From Capsulimonadales bacterium (GTDB taxonomy: Bacteria; Armatimonadota; Armatimonadia; Armatimonadales; Armatimonadaceae), in NCBI GenBank assembly GCA_033762295.1, contig JANRLW010000022.1, positions 1 to 19,135 on the forward strand: a stretch of 19,135 nt of DNA. Direction: 5' to 3'. Every line of letters starts with the position of its first letter. The first letter of the stretch is position 1. Made by a program: the position numbers and the translations under genes. Below are positions 1-7,086 of this stretch, in pieces. The notes below the pieces were generated by a model. That model was not told the origin of the DNA. It did no database searches and worked only from the letters and a program-made list of their open reading frames with translations.

Positions 1-225
1 AAACCACCCAAACCGCCGACGGTGACCATTCCCATCGTTATCATACCGGGCGGGCCGACCATGAGTATCATCGTTCGCCCCGATCCTAACGGCGGATATG
101 ATCCGGTCCCCGGCGTCGAGGTGACCATACCGATCGGTACCGATGGACCAGTCAAAACAAAAGTGGGTGCCAAAATAAAGGATGCTGATCTTGGGGTGGA
201 TGTCAAATTTGGATTCAAGTTCTGA
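1..225 (+). CDS. 3' end of an ORF running in from outside the window; possibly an Rhs C-terminal module
   Basis: Frame is open from base 1 (KPPKPPTVTIP...GVDVKFGFKF*). It sits at the head of a low-GC Rhs cassette array. No Rhs core is visible, so the identity rests on context. Confidence 0.4.
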   Translation, partial: KPPKPPTVTIPIVIIPGGPTMSIIVRPDPNGGYDPVPGVEVTIPIGTDGPVKTKVGAKIKDADLGVDVKFGFKF

Positions 226-323
226 CATTTTCCTTCCTCTTTGATGGAGTGAAGAGGCCGTTCAGGAGACTATCCACAGCAGTCTTCTGGACGGTCATAT
301 AAAAGAAAGGTAAAGGATTTCCG

Positions 324-1337
324 TTGTACACGATAATCTTTTTACGTACATCTCTGTTAATCTTGGCATTATGCGCCATCGTTGCGCGGGTAGTAGCAGA
401 ACCGGTTCATCCTGATGGGAAACGTTCGATAGTGACCGCGCCCCAAGAAGGGGAGACTCTAGCTCGTCTTCAAAATAGACAGGTAGCCACTATCCCCTTT
501 ACGAATGTTAAACACACAGAACAAATGCTGGTGCGGGCGACCCTCGACAACACGTTTTCCGTAACGTTGTTGGTGGATACAGGGGCACCTAACATCTGTC
601 TATTCCACTCTGTGACAAAAAAATATCCGAACCTCCGATTTCAACCGTCTCAGCCGTCAGAAGGTGTAAAGTTAAAGCAAGGAGTCTGTACTTTCGAGGA
701 TATCACCATTGGAAATCTACAAACCTTCGGCGAGGCCGTTCTCTTAAAACCAAATTTGGCGGACAAGGTCGTTTCCGAGTACTTCGATGGCCTCTTAGGG
801 GGAAACGTGTTGGAGGATCATGCTGTGCTCATAAACTATGATCGTAAAGAAATAGTAGTGATATTGGAGGGTAATCTAACGAAACAGGAGGTCGAGTTGT
901 TAGGGTTTCGTGGTGACACCTGTAAACCCCAGGCTTTGTTGAAAACCAAAAAACCAGGATCGGGTTATTATGTAAATGCTCGTCTATTTGGGGAGCAAAA
1001 TGTAAGGTTGCTTTTGGATACCGGCATCTCCGAGGTGACCGTATCGGAACGCTCGGTCTCAGGACGTTCCTTGAAATACGGAGCTACTTCCAAATCGTCG
1101 ATTGGTTTCCGCTCCCCAGAACTTTTCCGAGAAACCAGAATGTCAGTGGCGTTGGGAAATAACCGAGTTGACGATCTCAAATGTGACGTGGGGAACCTGA
1201 CCAATACTTTAGCTGGTAGCGATGAACTAGATGGCTTGCTGGGAGTTAACTTCCTCTCTCACTTCACCGTGCTCATGGATTTCCCTGCCGGAAAAATCTA
1301 TCTTCGACCACGAGAATCCGAAAAAGCCCGTCCTTAA
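324..1337 (+). CDS. Secreted aspartyl protease with two retropepsin-like domains
   Basis: Signal-peptide-like N-terminus; two DTG motifs (LLVDTGA, LLLDTGIS), each followed by a DGLLG motif (FDGLLGGNVL, LDGLLGVNFL). Confidence 0.85.
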   Translation: MYTIIFLRTSLLILALCAIVARVVAEPVHPDGKRSIVTAPQEGETLARLQNRQVATIPFTNVKHTEQMLVRATLDNTFSVTLLVDTGAPNICLFHSVTKKYPNLRFQPSQPSEGVKLKQGVCTFEDITIGNLQTFGEAVLLKPNLADKVVSEYFDGLLGGNVLEDHAVLINYDRKEIVVILEGNLTKQEVELLGFRGDTCKPQALLKTKKPGSGYYVNARLFGEQNVRLLLDTGISEVTVSERSVSGRSLKYGATSKSSIGFRSPELFRETRMSVALGNNRVDDLKCDVGNLTNTLAGSDELDGLLGVNFLSHFTVLMDFPAGKIYLRPRESEKARP

Positions 1338-1979
1338 ACGGGAAACCTAAACAACGGCACGGGTACCCGGAAAGACAGCCTGGATACGGACGCCTTCGGT
1401 CGGTTCGTTTCGGGAACGGGCAGTACGCCGACACCGTTCGGTTGCGCCGGTGGGTTCGGGTATCAGGCGGACGCCAGCGGGTTAATGCTCCTCGGGCACC
1501 GGTACTATGATGCCTCGACGGGACGGTTCCTCTCCAGGGATCCGATCCACGATGGGTATAACTGGTACGCCTACTGCGGAAACGATCCGGTGAACTGGGT
1601 GGATCCGGAAGGGTTTGTGGCAGCGGCTCTGGTCTTGGGTGGCTTAGGGCTTACATTTACCGCCCCTGCATGGGTGCCAGTAGTAATCGTTGTCGCCGTC
1701 GTTGGTTTCATTGCGTGGATTGCGTGGGATATATGGCATAGCCAAGGCAGTATAGTAGGAACACCAGGGTCAACAGTAGCGATTGACGATCCGGGCAAGC
1801 CCGGTCATGGTAAAATTCGAACCTATGGCCCTGATGGTTATCCAATCAAGGATATAGATTTTGGTCACGATCATGGTTTTGGTGACCCCCACGCACATGA
1901 TTGGTCGCGACCGATTATTGACCCAAGTCAACCGCATAAAAACCGCGGCCGCGGACGTCCCCTGCGACCGGATGAGTGA
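1338..1979 (+). CDS. Orphan Rhs cassette 1: core remnant plus His-rich putative toxin CT (ATG at 1485)
   Basis: In frame from 1338: DTDAFG...TPFGCAGGFGYQADASGLMLLGHRYYDASTGRFLSRDPIHDGYNWYAYCGNDPVNWVDPEG (Rhs-associated core ending in DPxG). Then a hydrophobic helix and RTYGPDGYPIKDIDFGHDHGFGDPHAHDW. Confidence 0.85.
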   Translation, partial: TGNLNNGTGTRKDSLDTDAFGRFVSGTGSTPTPFGCAGGFGYQADASGLMLLGHRYYDASTGRFLSRDPIHDGYNWYAYCGNDPVNWVDPEGFVAAALVLGGLGLTFTAPAWVPVVIVVAVVGFIAWIAWDIWHSQGSIVGTPGSTVAIDDPGKPGHGKIRTYGPDGYPIKDIDFGHDHGFGDPHAHDWSRPIIDPSQPHKNRGRGRPLRPDE

Positions 1980-2100
1980 ACCATCTTTGGTTGTCGTTTC
2001 TTATGTGTTGGTAACTGTATCATATTTTCAGCTTTGCAAGGTGTTCACCATCGTCAAATTTGGGTTGACGACGATACACCGCAACCCGCCAACAACGTGA
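1972..2100 (+). CDS. Possible 42-aa hydrophobic peptide overlapping the toxin stop
   Basis: ATG at 1972 lies 5 nt before the CT stop (GATGAGTGA); translates as MSEPSLVVVSYVLVTVSYFQLCKVF...; no family recognised. Confidence 0.2.
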   Translation: MSEPSLVVVSYVLVTVSYFQLCKVFTIVKFGLTTIHRNPPTT

Positions 2101-2128
2101 ATGAAATGACGACCCCATCTTTGTAGTT

Positions 2129-2160
2129 AGATGGGGGATGCTCCCCCCATCTTTCTTTTA
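2129..2160 (+). terminator. Intrinsic-terminator-like hairpin with a competing upstream stem
   Basis: AGATGGGGG-ATGCTC-CCCCCATCT followed by TTCTTTTA; CCCCATCT at 2113-2120 can pair with the same left arm. Confidence 0.5.
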
Positions 2161-2182
2161 TTGAAAGTTTGGAGCCGTTATA

Positions 2183-2671
2183 ATGTTGTTTACAATTGAT
2201 TCAACCGACTTCTCTGCCATTACTGACATTGTAACGACCATGTTTCGTGATGGAAGTCCATTTGGTCAAGTGCTTTTGCGCGTTATCGACAGCGAGTTTG
2301 TCCTGTTGCGCCCATCTGAATGGGTTATAGGTATAGGTGAACGAACACAAAAACAAGCCAAAATCGTACGTTCTGGAATTCAAGTAGATTGGAACGTTTT
2401 TCTCACTCTGGTTGATTCAGGGTACTTCAATGGCTTCGATGAGGTTTGGCTGCTCGCTGATATCGGAAGTTTCGATAAGCTCGATGAAGCGTTTGTTATT
2501 TATGAAATTGGCCCGTATGAAGCTTTTGACGATTCACCAAAAGGGCTCGCTTTTCGGAAGCAGTTATCAAAACAAGAGAAAACGATCGGGCTTCTTGATG
2601 GGATTCGCCTTTCGATAGTCGCATCGGATCCGGAACTGGCCCAGGGAATAATCGCAAGCCAGAGCAAGTAA
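2183..2671 (+). CDS. Putative immunity protein for Rhs CT1
   Basis: Low-GC acidic 162-aa ORF with a GGAG RBS, downstream of a toxin CT. Assignment is by position only. Confidence 0.55.
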   Translation: MLFTIDSTDFSAITDIVTTMFRDGSPFGQVLLRVIDSEFVLLRPSEWVIGIGERTQKQAKIVRSGIQVDWNVFLTLVDSGYFNGFDEVWLLADIGSFDKLDEAFVIYEIGPYEAFDDSPKGLAFRKQLSKQEKTIGLLDGIRLSIVASDPELAQGIIASQSK

Positions 2672-2758
2672 GGGAACGCACTTGCGCAATTCGAACCGAA
2701 AGCGACTTTGCCTGTGCGAATTTAAATCCCATAGGAACCCACCCGTATCGGCTTTTCC

Positions 2759-2912
2759 GATGGCGCGGTCAACTACATCCAGGCAGGCGATGGCATTGTC
2801 TCGGAGACCCGTGGCAGTACGACGAGTTACTACCATGTCGCGGGACCCGATCCACGACGGGTACAACTGGTACACCTACTGCGAGAACGATCCGGTGAAT
2901 GGGGTGGACCCG
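2759..2912 (+). repeat. 154-bp direct repeat, copy 1 (internally deleted Rhs core)
   Basis: Matches 3878-4031 with 5 mismatches by manual alignment. Confidence 0.95.
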
Positions 2913-3251
2913 ACCGGATTAATTGTCGCTATATTAGGTCCCGCACTCTTGATTCCTGGTGTCGGGCAGGTAATTGCTGTAGGTGCGATTATCATTGGTA
3001 TAGGCGCGGCTATCGTCGCCATTGGAAGTCTGATTGATGACATAGTTAATAACTCTTCAGATACCGGTCCCGGAACGCCACCGACGAGCGATCCTTACGG
3101 GAAACCATTACCACCCGGTACAAAGATCAACTGGGATGAACCGAATGACCATCACTCTGGTCATTACGATGTCGATTTGCCATATCCCGGCGCTCCTATC
3201 CGGGTAACCCACGCAGCAACCAGTGGGAGGAGAAGATCGGGGCCCCAATGA
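2835..3251 (+). CDS. Orphan Rhs cassette 2: minimal core plus putative toxin CT
   Basis: MSRDPIHDGYNWYTYCENDPVNGVDPTG, then a Gly-rich hydrophobic segment and a His-containing domain (NWDEPNDHHSGHYDV). Its stop overlaps the next ATG (ATGA). Confidence 0.8.
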   Translation: MSRDPIHDGYNWYTYCENDPVNGVDPTGLIVAILGPALLIPGVGQVIAVGAIIIGIGAAIVAIGSLIDDIVNNSSDTGPGTPPTSDPYGKPLPPGTKINWDEPNDHHSGHYDVDLPYPGAPIRVTHAATSGRRRSGPQ

Positions 3252-3727
3252 ACAAAGATTATAAAGATTATGAAGAGCGATTGGCTGATTTGGACGACCC
3301 GAATGCATCTCCGGAGATCGATATTGAACTTCACATCGAAATCTGCCACGTTCGAATTAACTGGCCTAGTCTTATTGATTGGCTACTGAGCTTGCATGGT
3401 CTATCGGTAAGTTATCCGTTGCATGAGGATGTGGATTTGTGGGCTACTCCAACCCATCAGGCAGCCGTTGCATCAGAAGGGGCGATCCCTATTCGTATCT
3501 TGACGATTTACTTGATTGACGATCAAGAAAAGCCCAAATACAAGCAAACAATAAGCGGAATGATGGATATCGTCCGTGGAATGCCTCAAAGGCGTATTTA
3601 CATTTACGCTTCGCGGCGACAGATATGGGACGCGTTCGTTTCGTTATACCAAGGTTACATTGAAACGACAATCCGTCCGAAAAGTGTTTCCATTTTCGAT
3701 GGTTTGGTTAATGTCGTTCTCCAATAA
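3248..3727 (+). CDS. Putative immunity protein for Rhs CT2
   Basis: ATGA translational coupling with the CT2 stop; low GC; 159 aa. Confidence 0.65.
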   Translation: MNKDYKDYEERLADLDDPNASPEIDIELHIEICHVRINWPSLIDWLLSLHGLSVSYPLHEDVDLWATPTHQAAVASEGAIPIRILTIYLIDDQEKPKYKQTISGMMDIVRGMPQRRIYIYASRRQIWDAFVSLYQGYIETTIRPKSVSIFDGLVNVVLQ

Positions 3728-3760
3728 AACCGTGTCAAGAGCTCAGGCTTGGTCTCCTGA

Positions 3761-4034
3761 ACGACCGGCGGCACTTACACGTACAACGGCATGGAGCAGG
3801 GGGTGCGCAAAGTGGAGGGCGGGAGCACCTTCAACTACACCCGCGAGGACGATCCGATCGATGCCGCTGTGCTCTCGGATGGCGCGGCCAGCTACATCCA
3901 GGCAGGCGATGGCATTGTCTCGGAGACCCGTGGCACTACGACAAGTTACTACCATGTCGCGGGACCCGATCCACGATGGGTACAACTGGTACACCTACTG
4001 CGAGAACGATCCGGTGAATGGGGTGGACCCGTGA
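3761..4034 (+). pseudogene. Rhs core remnant lacking any toxin CT
   Basis: TTGGTYTYNGMEQGVRKVEGGSTFNYTREDD...SDGAASYIQAGDGIVSETRGTTTSYYH, then a frame change to MSRDPIHDGYNWYTYCENDPVNGVDP*. The stop comes right after DP. Confidence 0.85.
3878..4031 (+). repeat. 154-bp direct repeat, copy 2
   Basis: Near-identical to 2759-2912, offset 1119 bp. Confidence 0.95.
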
Positions 4035-4088
4035 CGGAACGAACGGAGTTTATGAGGCCGATCGGGAGATTGGGGAAGGTTGGAGGCA

Positions 4089-5018
4089 ATGGTGAACCCG
4101 GTTGATGGCGCGACGCTGGTCTCGGTGGTAGGCGGCACGTTCCAAATGGGGAGTCGGGAGGACGACGTCCGGCGACTCTGGTCCGAAATGGGGTGGGAGG
4201 ACCGCTGGTTTGCCGGGCATGTTGCCGAACCGGGAGAGCTTCATGCACATACGGTGGAGATCGATGGCTTCCGCATGTATCGTGACCCGGTGACGATCGG
4301 GCAGTATCGACGATTCATGCAGGCGACGGGTCATCCCGCACCGGTTGATCCGACGGTACATGGTCCGTGGAACAGCGCTTGGCAGGATGGGCGGCCCCTG
4401 CCGGACACCGGGAATCTGCCGGTCAGTTCCGTTTCCTGGGAGGACGCGGTCGCCTATTGCGAGTGGGCAGGAGCGCGATTGCCGACCGAAGCCGAATGGG
4501 AGTACGCGGCGCGCGGTCCGCAAGGGAACGTGTTTCCGTGGGGGAATAGCTGGCAGGACGGGGTTTGTCGGTGCGCCGAGGTGGTGGCGGGGCGTCGTTT
4601 CGTGTCGCACGCGGAGTGGCGGTCATGGCTGAACGGCGGGGGGAAACGAGCGGATGGGACGTGGCCGCCCTCCTGCTGGCTGGCGAACCATGTCGCCCAG
4701 ATCGAGGGACCGACGGAACCGGAACGCTATCCGGGCGATGTCAGCTGGTGCGGTGTCCGCGGAATGGCGGGGCAGGTGCGCGAGTGGTGCGGGGACTGGT
4801 TCGATCCCGGTTATTATGTCCGGAGTCCGCGACAAAACCCGCCGGGACCTGTTTCGCCACCGGATTACCCGGATCGGGTTGCCTGTCGGGTGTTGCGCGG
4901 CGGATCGTGGCTGAGTTATGCGCTGACCGGTCGAGGAGCGCAACGGTTGATGTACCCGCCGGAACGGCGCGACACGAACGACCATGGATTTCGTCCGGTC
5001 ATTGGGGAAAGAGATTGA
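4089..5018 (+). CDS. Formylglycine-generating enzyme family (SUMF1/EgtB/PvdO-like) protein
   Basis: GGTFQMGS, PVSSVSWEDAVAYCEW, RLPTEAEWEYAARG, GMAGQVREWCGDW, RVLRGGSW and GFR motifs. Start uncertain (4080/4089/4092). Confidence 0.9.
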   Translation: MVNPVDGATLVSVVGGTFQMGSREDDVRRLWSEMGWEDRWFAGHVAEPGELHAHTVEIDGFRMYRDPVTIGQYRRFMQATGHPAPVDPTVHGPWNSAWQDGRPLPDTGNLPVSSVSWEDAVAYCEWAGARLPTEAEWEYAARGPQGNVFPWGNSWQDGVCRCAEVVAGRRFVSHAEWRSWLNGGGKRADGTWPPSCWLANHVAQIEGPTEPERYPGDVSWCGVRGMAGQVREWCGDWFDPGYYVRSPRQNPPGPVSPPDYPDRVACRVLRGGSWLSYALTGRGAQRLMYPPERRDTNDHGFRPVIGERD

Positions 5019-5027
5019 CCGGTTGCC

Positions 5028-5561
5028 CTATTTCTCGATTATATCGAGTTTGAATTTTGCGCCAAAGTGGATATCCAAAATCAGCTTGCTATGGCGCATG
5101 GCTTCCATTCCGAGAATAACCTCATCCTCACCGAGTTCTCCTTCTTCGGTTTCGGTCGGATCAAGGTTTCGCGAATCTTTCCATCGCCATATACCTTGCC
5201 AGAAGCTCCCGACGGAATTCTTCTCCGGTCGGCGTAGAACCAGTACTTCAACAGGGATTGGGTCTTGTCGGGGTGGTTGAGCCTCATCCGTAAGCAGAAC
5301 GAAATGGACCGGGCAGTCGGAAACCGCACCGTTCGCGAAACCGACCCGTCGTACTCCTTTACCAAGAAAGGGCAGCCTGAGTTGCTCCTGAACGGACTGC
5401 GGAATCATCACGGAGCTGGTGCATCCGGTGTCGACAAGAGCATCGCCGGACCACGTAGTTTGGCCCGGTCCATTTGGATGAATCAAGACCAAGCGGACAC
5501 GAGGTTGGAGGCGAAAATAGGAATTAAAGACGATGCGACCGCTAAGCTGGACTTTTCTCAC
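5028..5561 (-). CDS. Clan AA (retropepsin-like) aspartic protease, single domain
   Basis: DALVDTGCTSSVMIP, FANG flap and EVILGM motifs. The GTG start at 5561 is inferred from overlap with the upstream gene. Confidence 0.8.
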   Translation of the reverse strand: MRKVQLSGRIVFNSYFRLQPRVRLVLIHPNGPGQTTWSGDALVDTGCTSSVMIPQSVQEQLRLPFLGKGVRRVGFANGAVSDCPVHFVLLTDEAQPPRQDPIPVEVLVLRRPEKNSVGSFWQGIWRWKDSRNLDPTETEEGELGEDEVILGMEAMRHSKLILDIHFGAKFKLDIIEK

Positions 5562-5850
5562 GTGAGAGGGTAATTGTGCGGAAATAGATATGCCCGGTTT
5601 GCGCCGAACTACCGAGTTGGGCCAGCGCTTCCGTCGAAGTCGTGCCGATCCCGAACGAGCCCGTGCGCAGATCGATGGCAATCTCTTTGCCGGTTTCCTT
5701 TTCCGTAATTCTTTTTGCGTCAGCAAGCTTTACGTAAAGAGATTCGCCGGCTTCCGCTACCTCGCGGAAGTATCGCGGCGATTGCCGAAGCGCTTGCCGA
5801 TCCAAATGTTGTATTTTCGAAGCGGGCAGTGTCAAGGATTGAGCAGACAT
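5542..5850 (-). CDS. Small partner protein of the aspartic protease (GKxIAID motif; DUF5678-like)
   Basis: MSAQS...GKEIAIDLRTGSFGIG...EALAQL...IYFRTI, with GGAG upstream. Resembles small genes commonly found 5' of clan AA proteases (recalled, not searched). Confidence 0.55.
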   Translation of the reverse strand: MSAQSLTLPASKIQHLDRQALRQSPRYFREVAEAGESLYVKLADAKRITEKETGKEIAIDLRTGSFGIGTTSTEALAQLGSSAQTGHIYFRTITLSREKSPA

Positions 5851-6066
5851 GGAGTGACTATTCTCTCCATACGTTTCGTTACGAGACGGAGCAAAGTCGT
5901 TTCTGTTCCTTTTTCGGTCAATCGTTTGGGATGGATTACCCTGCAAACGAAAAAGCCGGAAAAATACCATTGTCTGACCACCAAAGAAAACGCATTGTTA
6001 AGAAAATGTTAAGGCGTGGGCCTACCCGAAAATTTTACCATGCCGGAACTGCGAATAGCAAGAGAG

Positions 6067-6978
6067 CTAAAGAGTGGGCTGGTTCTTTGTTGATTTTCGA
6101 TCGCCATCACCCGAAAGATCCGGACGGTGTCGGGGGGCGGTGGTGGGTCGCGGGGTGTCGGGGAGGCGGGCGTTGCGGAGGATGTGGCGGACGGCGTCCT
6201 GATGGGTGGGTGGGTCAACCGGCGGGTGTGCCGCCGTTTGGGAGGGGCCGGATCGGGCGAGGTAGTCCCGGGTTCGGCGAATGCCCTGCAGGCAAAGGGC
6301 GTCGAGCAGGATGGTGATTTTGAGGGTGATGTATTTGTGCGCCTGACGGCGCGGGAGGCCGATGCGCTGTTTGCGGGATTGCGGACGGGCGTCGGGGAAC
6401 GTTATCCTGGCACCCGGTTCCTGGCCCCCCGGCCCCCGCACACGACGCTCGTGCCGCAGGCGGGGGAGAGAAGAGTGCGTGAGGCCGGAGAATTTGGCGG
6501 TGCCGACTTCGCGGAGAAGGTGGCGGATCGCCTGGAGGTAGTTCCTGCCGGTGGCGTGGCAGTAACGGTCGAGATGCCAGTGGGAATGGACATCCAGGTA
6601 GAGTGTGAGGAGTTGAGAAGGCCCCCCGGCCCCCGCAGGCGGGGGAGAAGGGACGTGGCACGACCTGCTTCTCGCATGGGCGCCCCCCGGCAACGCAAGC
6701 GGGGGAGAAGGAGAGGGGTAGAGGTCGGTGTTCATTTTGCCGCAGGTTTTGCATTTGTATTTTTGTGCGCCGTTTTTGGCGAAGCCGCGTTTGATGCAGG
6801 GACCGTTGCATTGCGGGCAGGGGCGTTCGGTCAGGTCGGGGCGGCGATGGGCGTAGTAGTAGCGTCCACAGGCGCGGCAGCGGAACTGTGGGTTATTGGG
6901 GGTGCCACCATTGCGGACGGCATTGCCGGACTTACAGTGTGGGCAAGCGGGTGTGTTGTTGGTGCGGGTGCCGCTCAT
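6067..6978 (-). CDS. Protein with two InsA-like Zn ribbons and two ribbon-helix-helix-like segments
   Basis: CPHC..VRNG..QFRCRACGR and CPQC..IKRG..QKYKCKTCGK. C-terminal half has LTLYLD...QAIRHLLRE and ITILLD...DAVRHILRN. No DDE domain recognised. Confidence 0.6.
   Translation of the reverse strand: MSGTRTNNTPACPHCKSGNAVRNGGTPNNPQFRCRACGRYYYAHRRPDLTERPCPQCNGPCIKRGFAKNGAQKYKCKTCGKMNTDLYPSPSPPLALPGGAHARSRSCHVPSPPPAGAGGPSQLLTLYLDVHSHWHLDRYCHATGRNYLQAIRHLLREVGTAKFSGLTHSSLPRLRHERRVRGPGGQEPGARITFPDARPQSRKQRIGLPRRQAHKYITLKITILLDALCLQGIRRTRDYLARSGPSQTAAHPPVDPPTHQDAVRHILRNARLPDTPRPTTAPRHRPDLSGDGDRKSTKNQPTL
6621..6647. repeat. Dispersed copy of the palindromic repeat seen at 8251-8410, here inside a CDS
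   Basis: GCCCCCCGGCCCCCGCAGGCGGGGGAG is 24/27 identical to the tandem unit. Degenerate copies at 6424-6468 and 6682-6707. Confidence 0.8.
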
Positions 6979-7035
6979 GGGAATGAACTGAGCGGCGGTG
7001 TGAGGAAGGCGGAAAGGGGCAGGAGGAGGTAGGCA

Positions 7036-7065
7036 GTACGGGCAGGCACAGGGGCCCGCCCGTAC
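7036..7065. repeat. REP-like palindrome / hairpin
   Basis: GTACGGGC-AGGCACAGGGGCCC-GCCCGTAC, intergenic and just downstream of the esterase stop. Confidence 0.6.
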
Positions 7066-7086
7066 ACGGAGTTGGGGACGAGGCGA

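Noticed and set aside
2682..2834. ORF-track N-terminal extensions (2682, 3576, 5726, 11929, 13800, 17162)
   Set aside because: They read off-frame core sequence or overlap real genes; conserved motifs and RBS/overlaps point to later starts.
3655..3670. ATTGAAAC motif inside an immunity gene
   Set aside because: No hairpin or GTCGC start; a chance match.
4032..4089. Readthrough fusion of the Rhs mini-core to the in-frame FGE gene
   Set aside because: Two in-frame TGA stops (4032-4034 and 4053-4055) intervene.
6067..6978. Intact IS1/IS1595-type insertion sequence
   Set aside because: Only Zn ribbons are recognisable; I found no DDE domain, frameshifted InsB, inverted repeats or target duplication.
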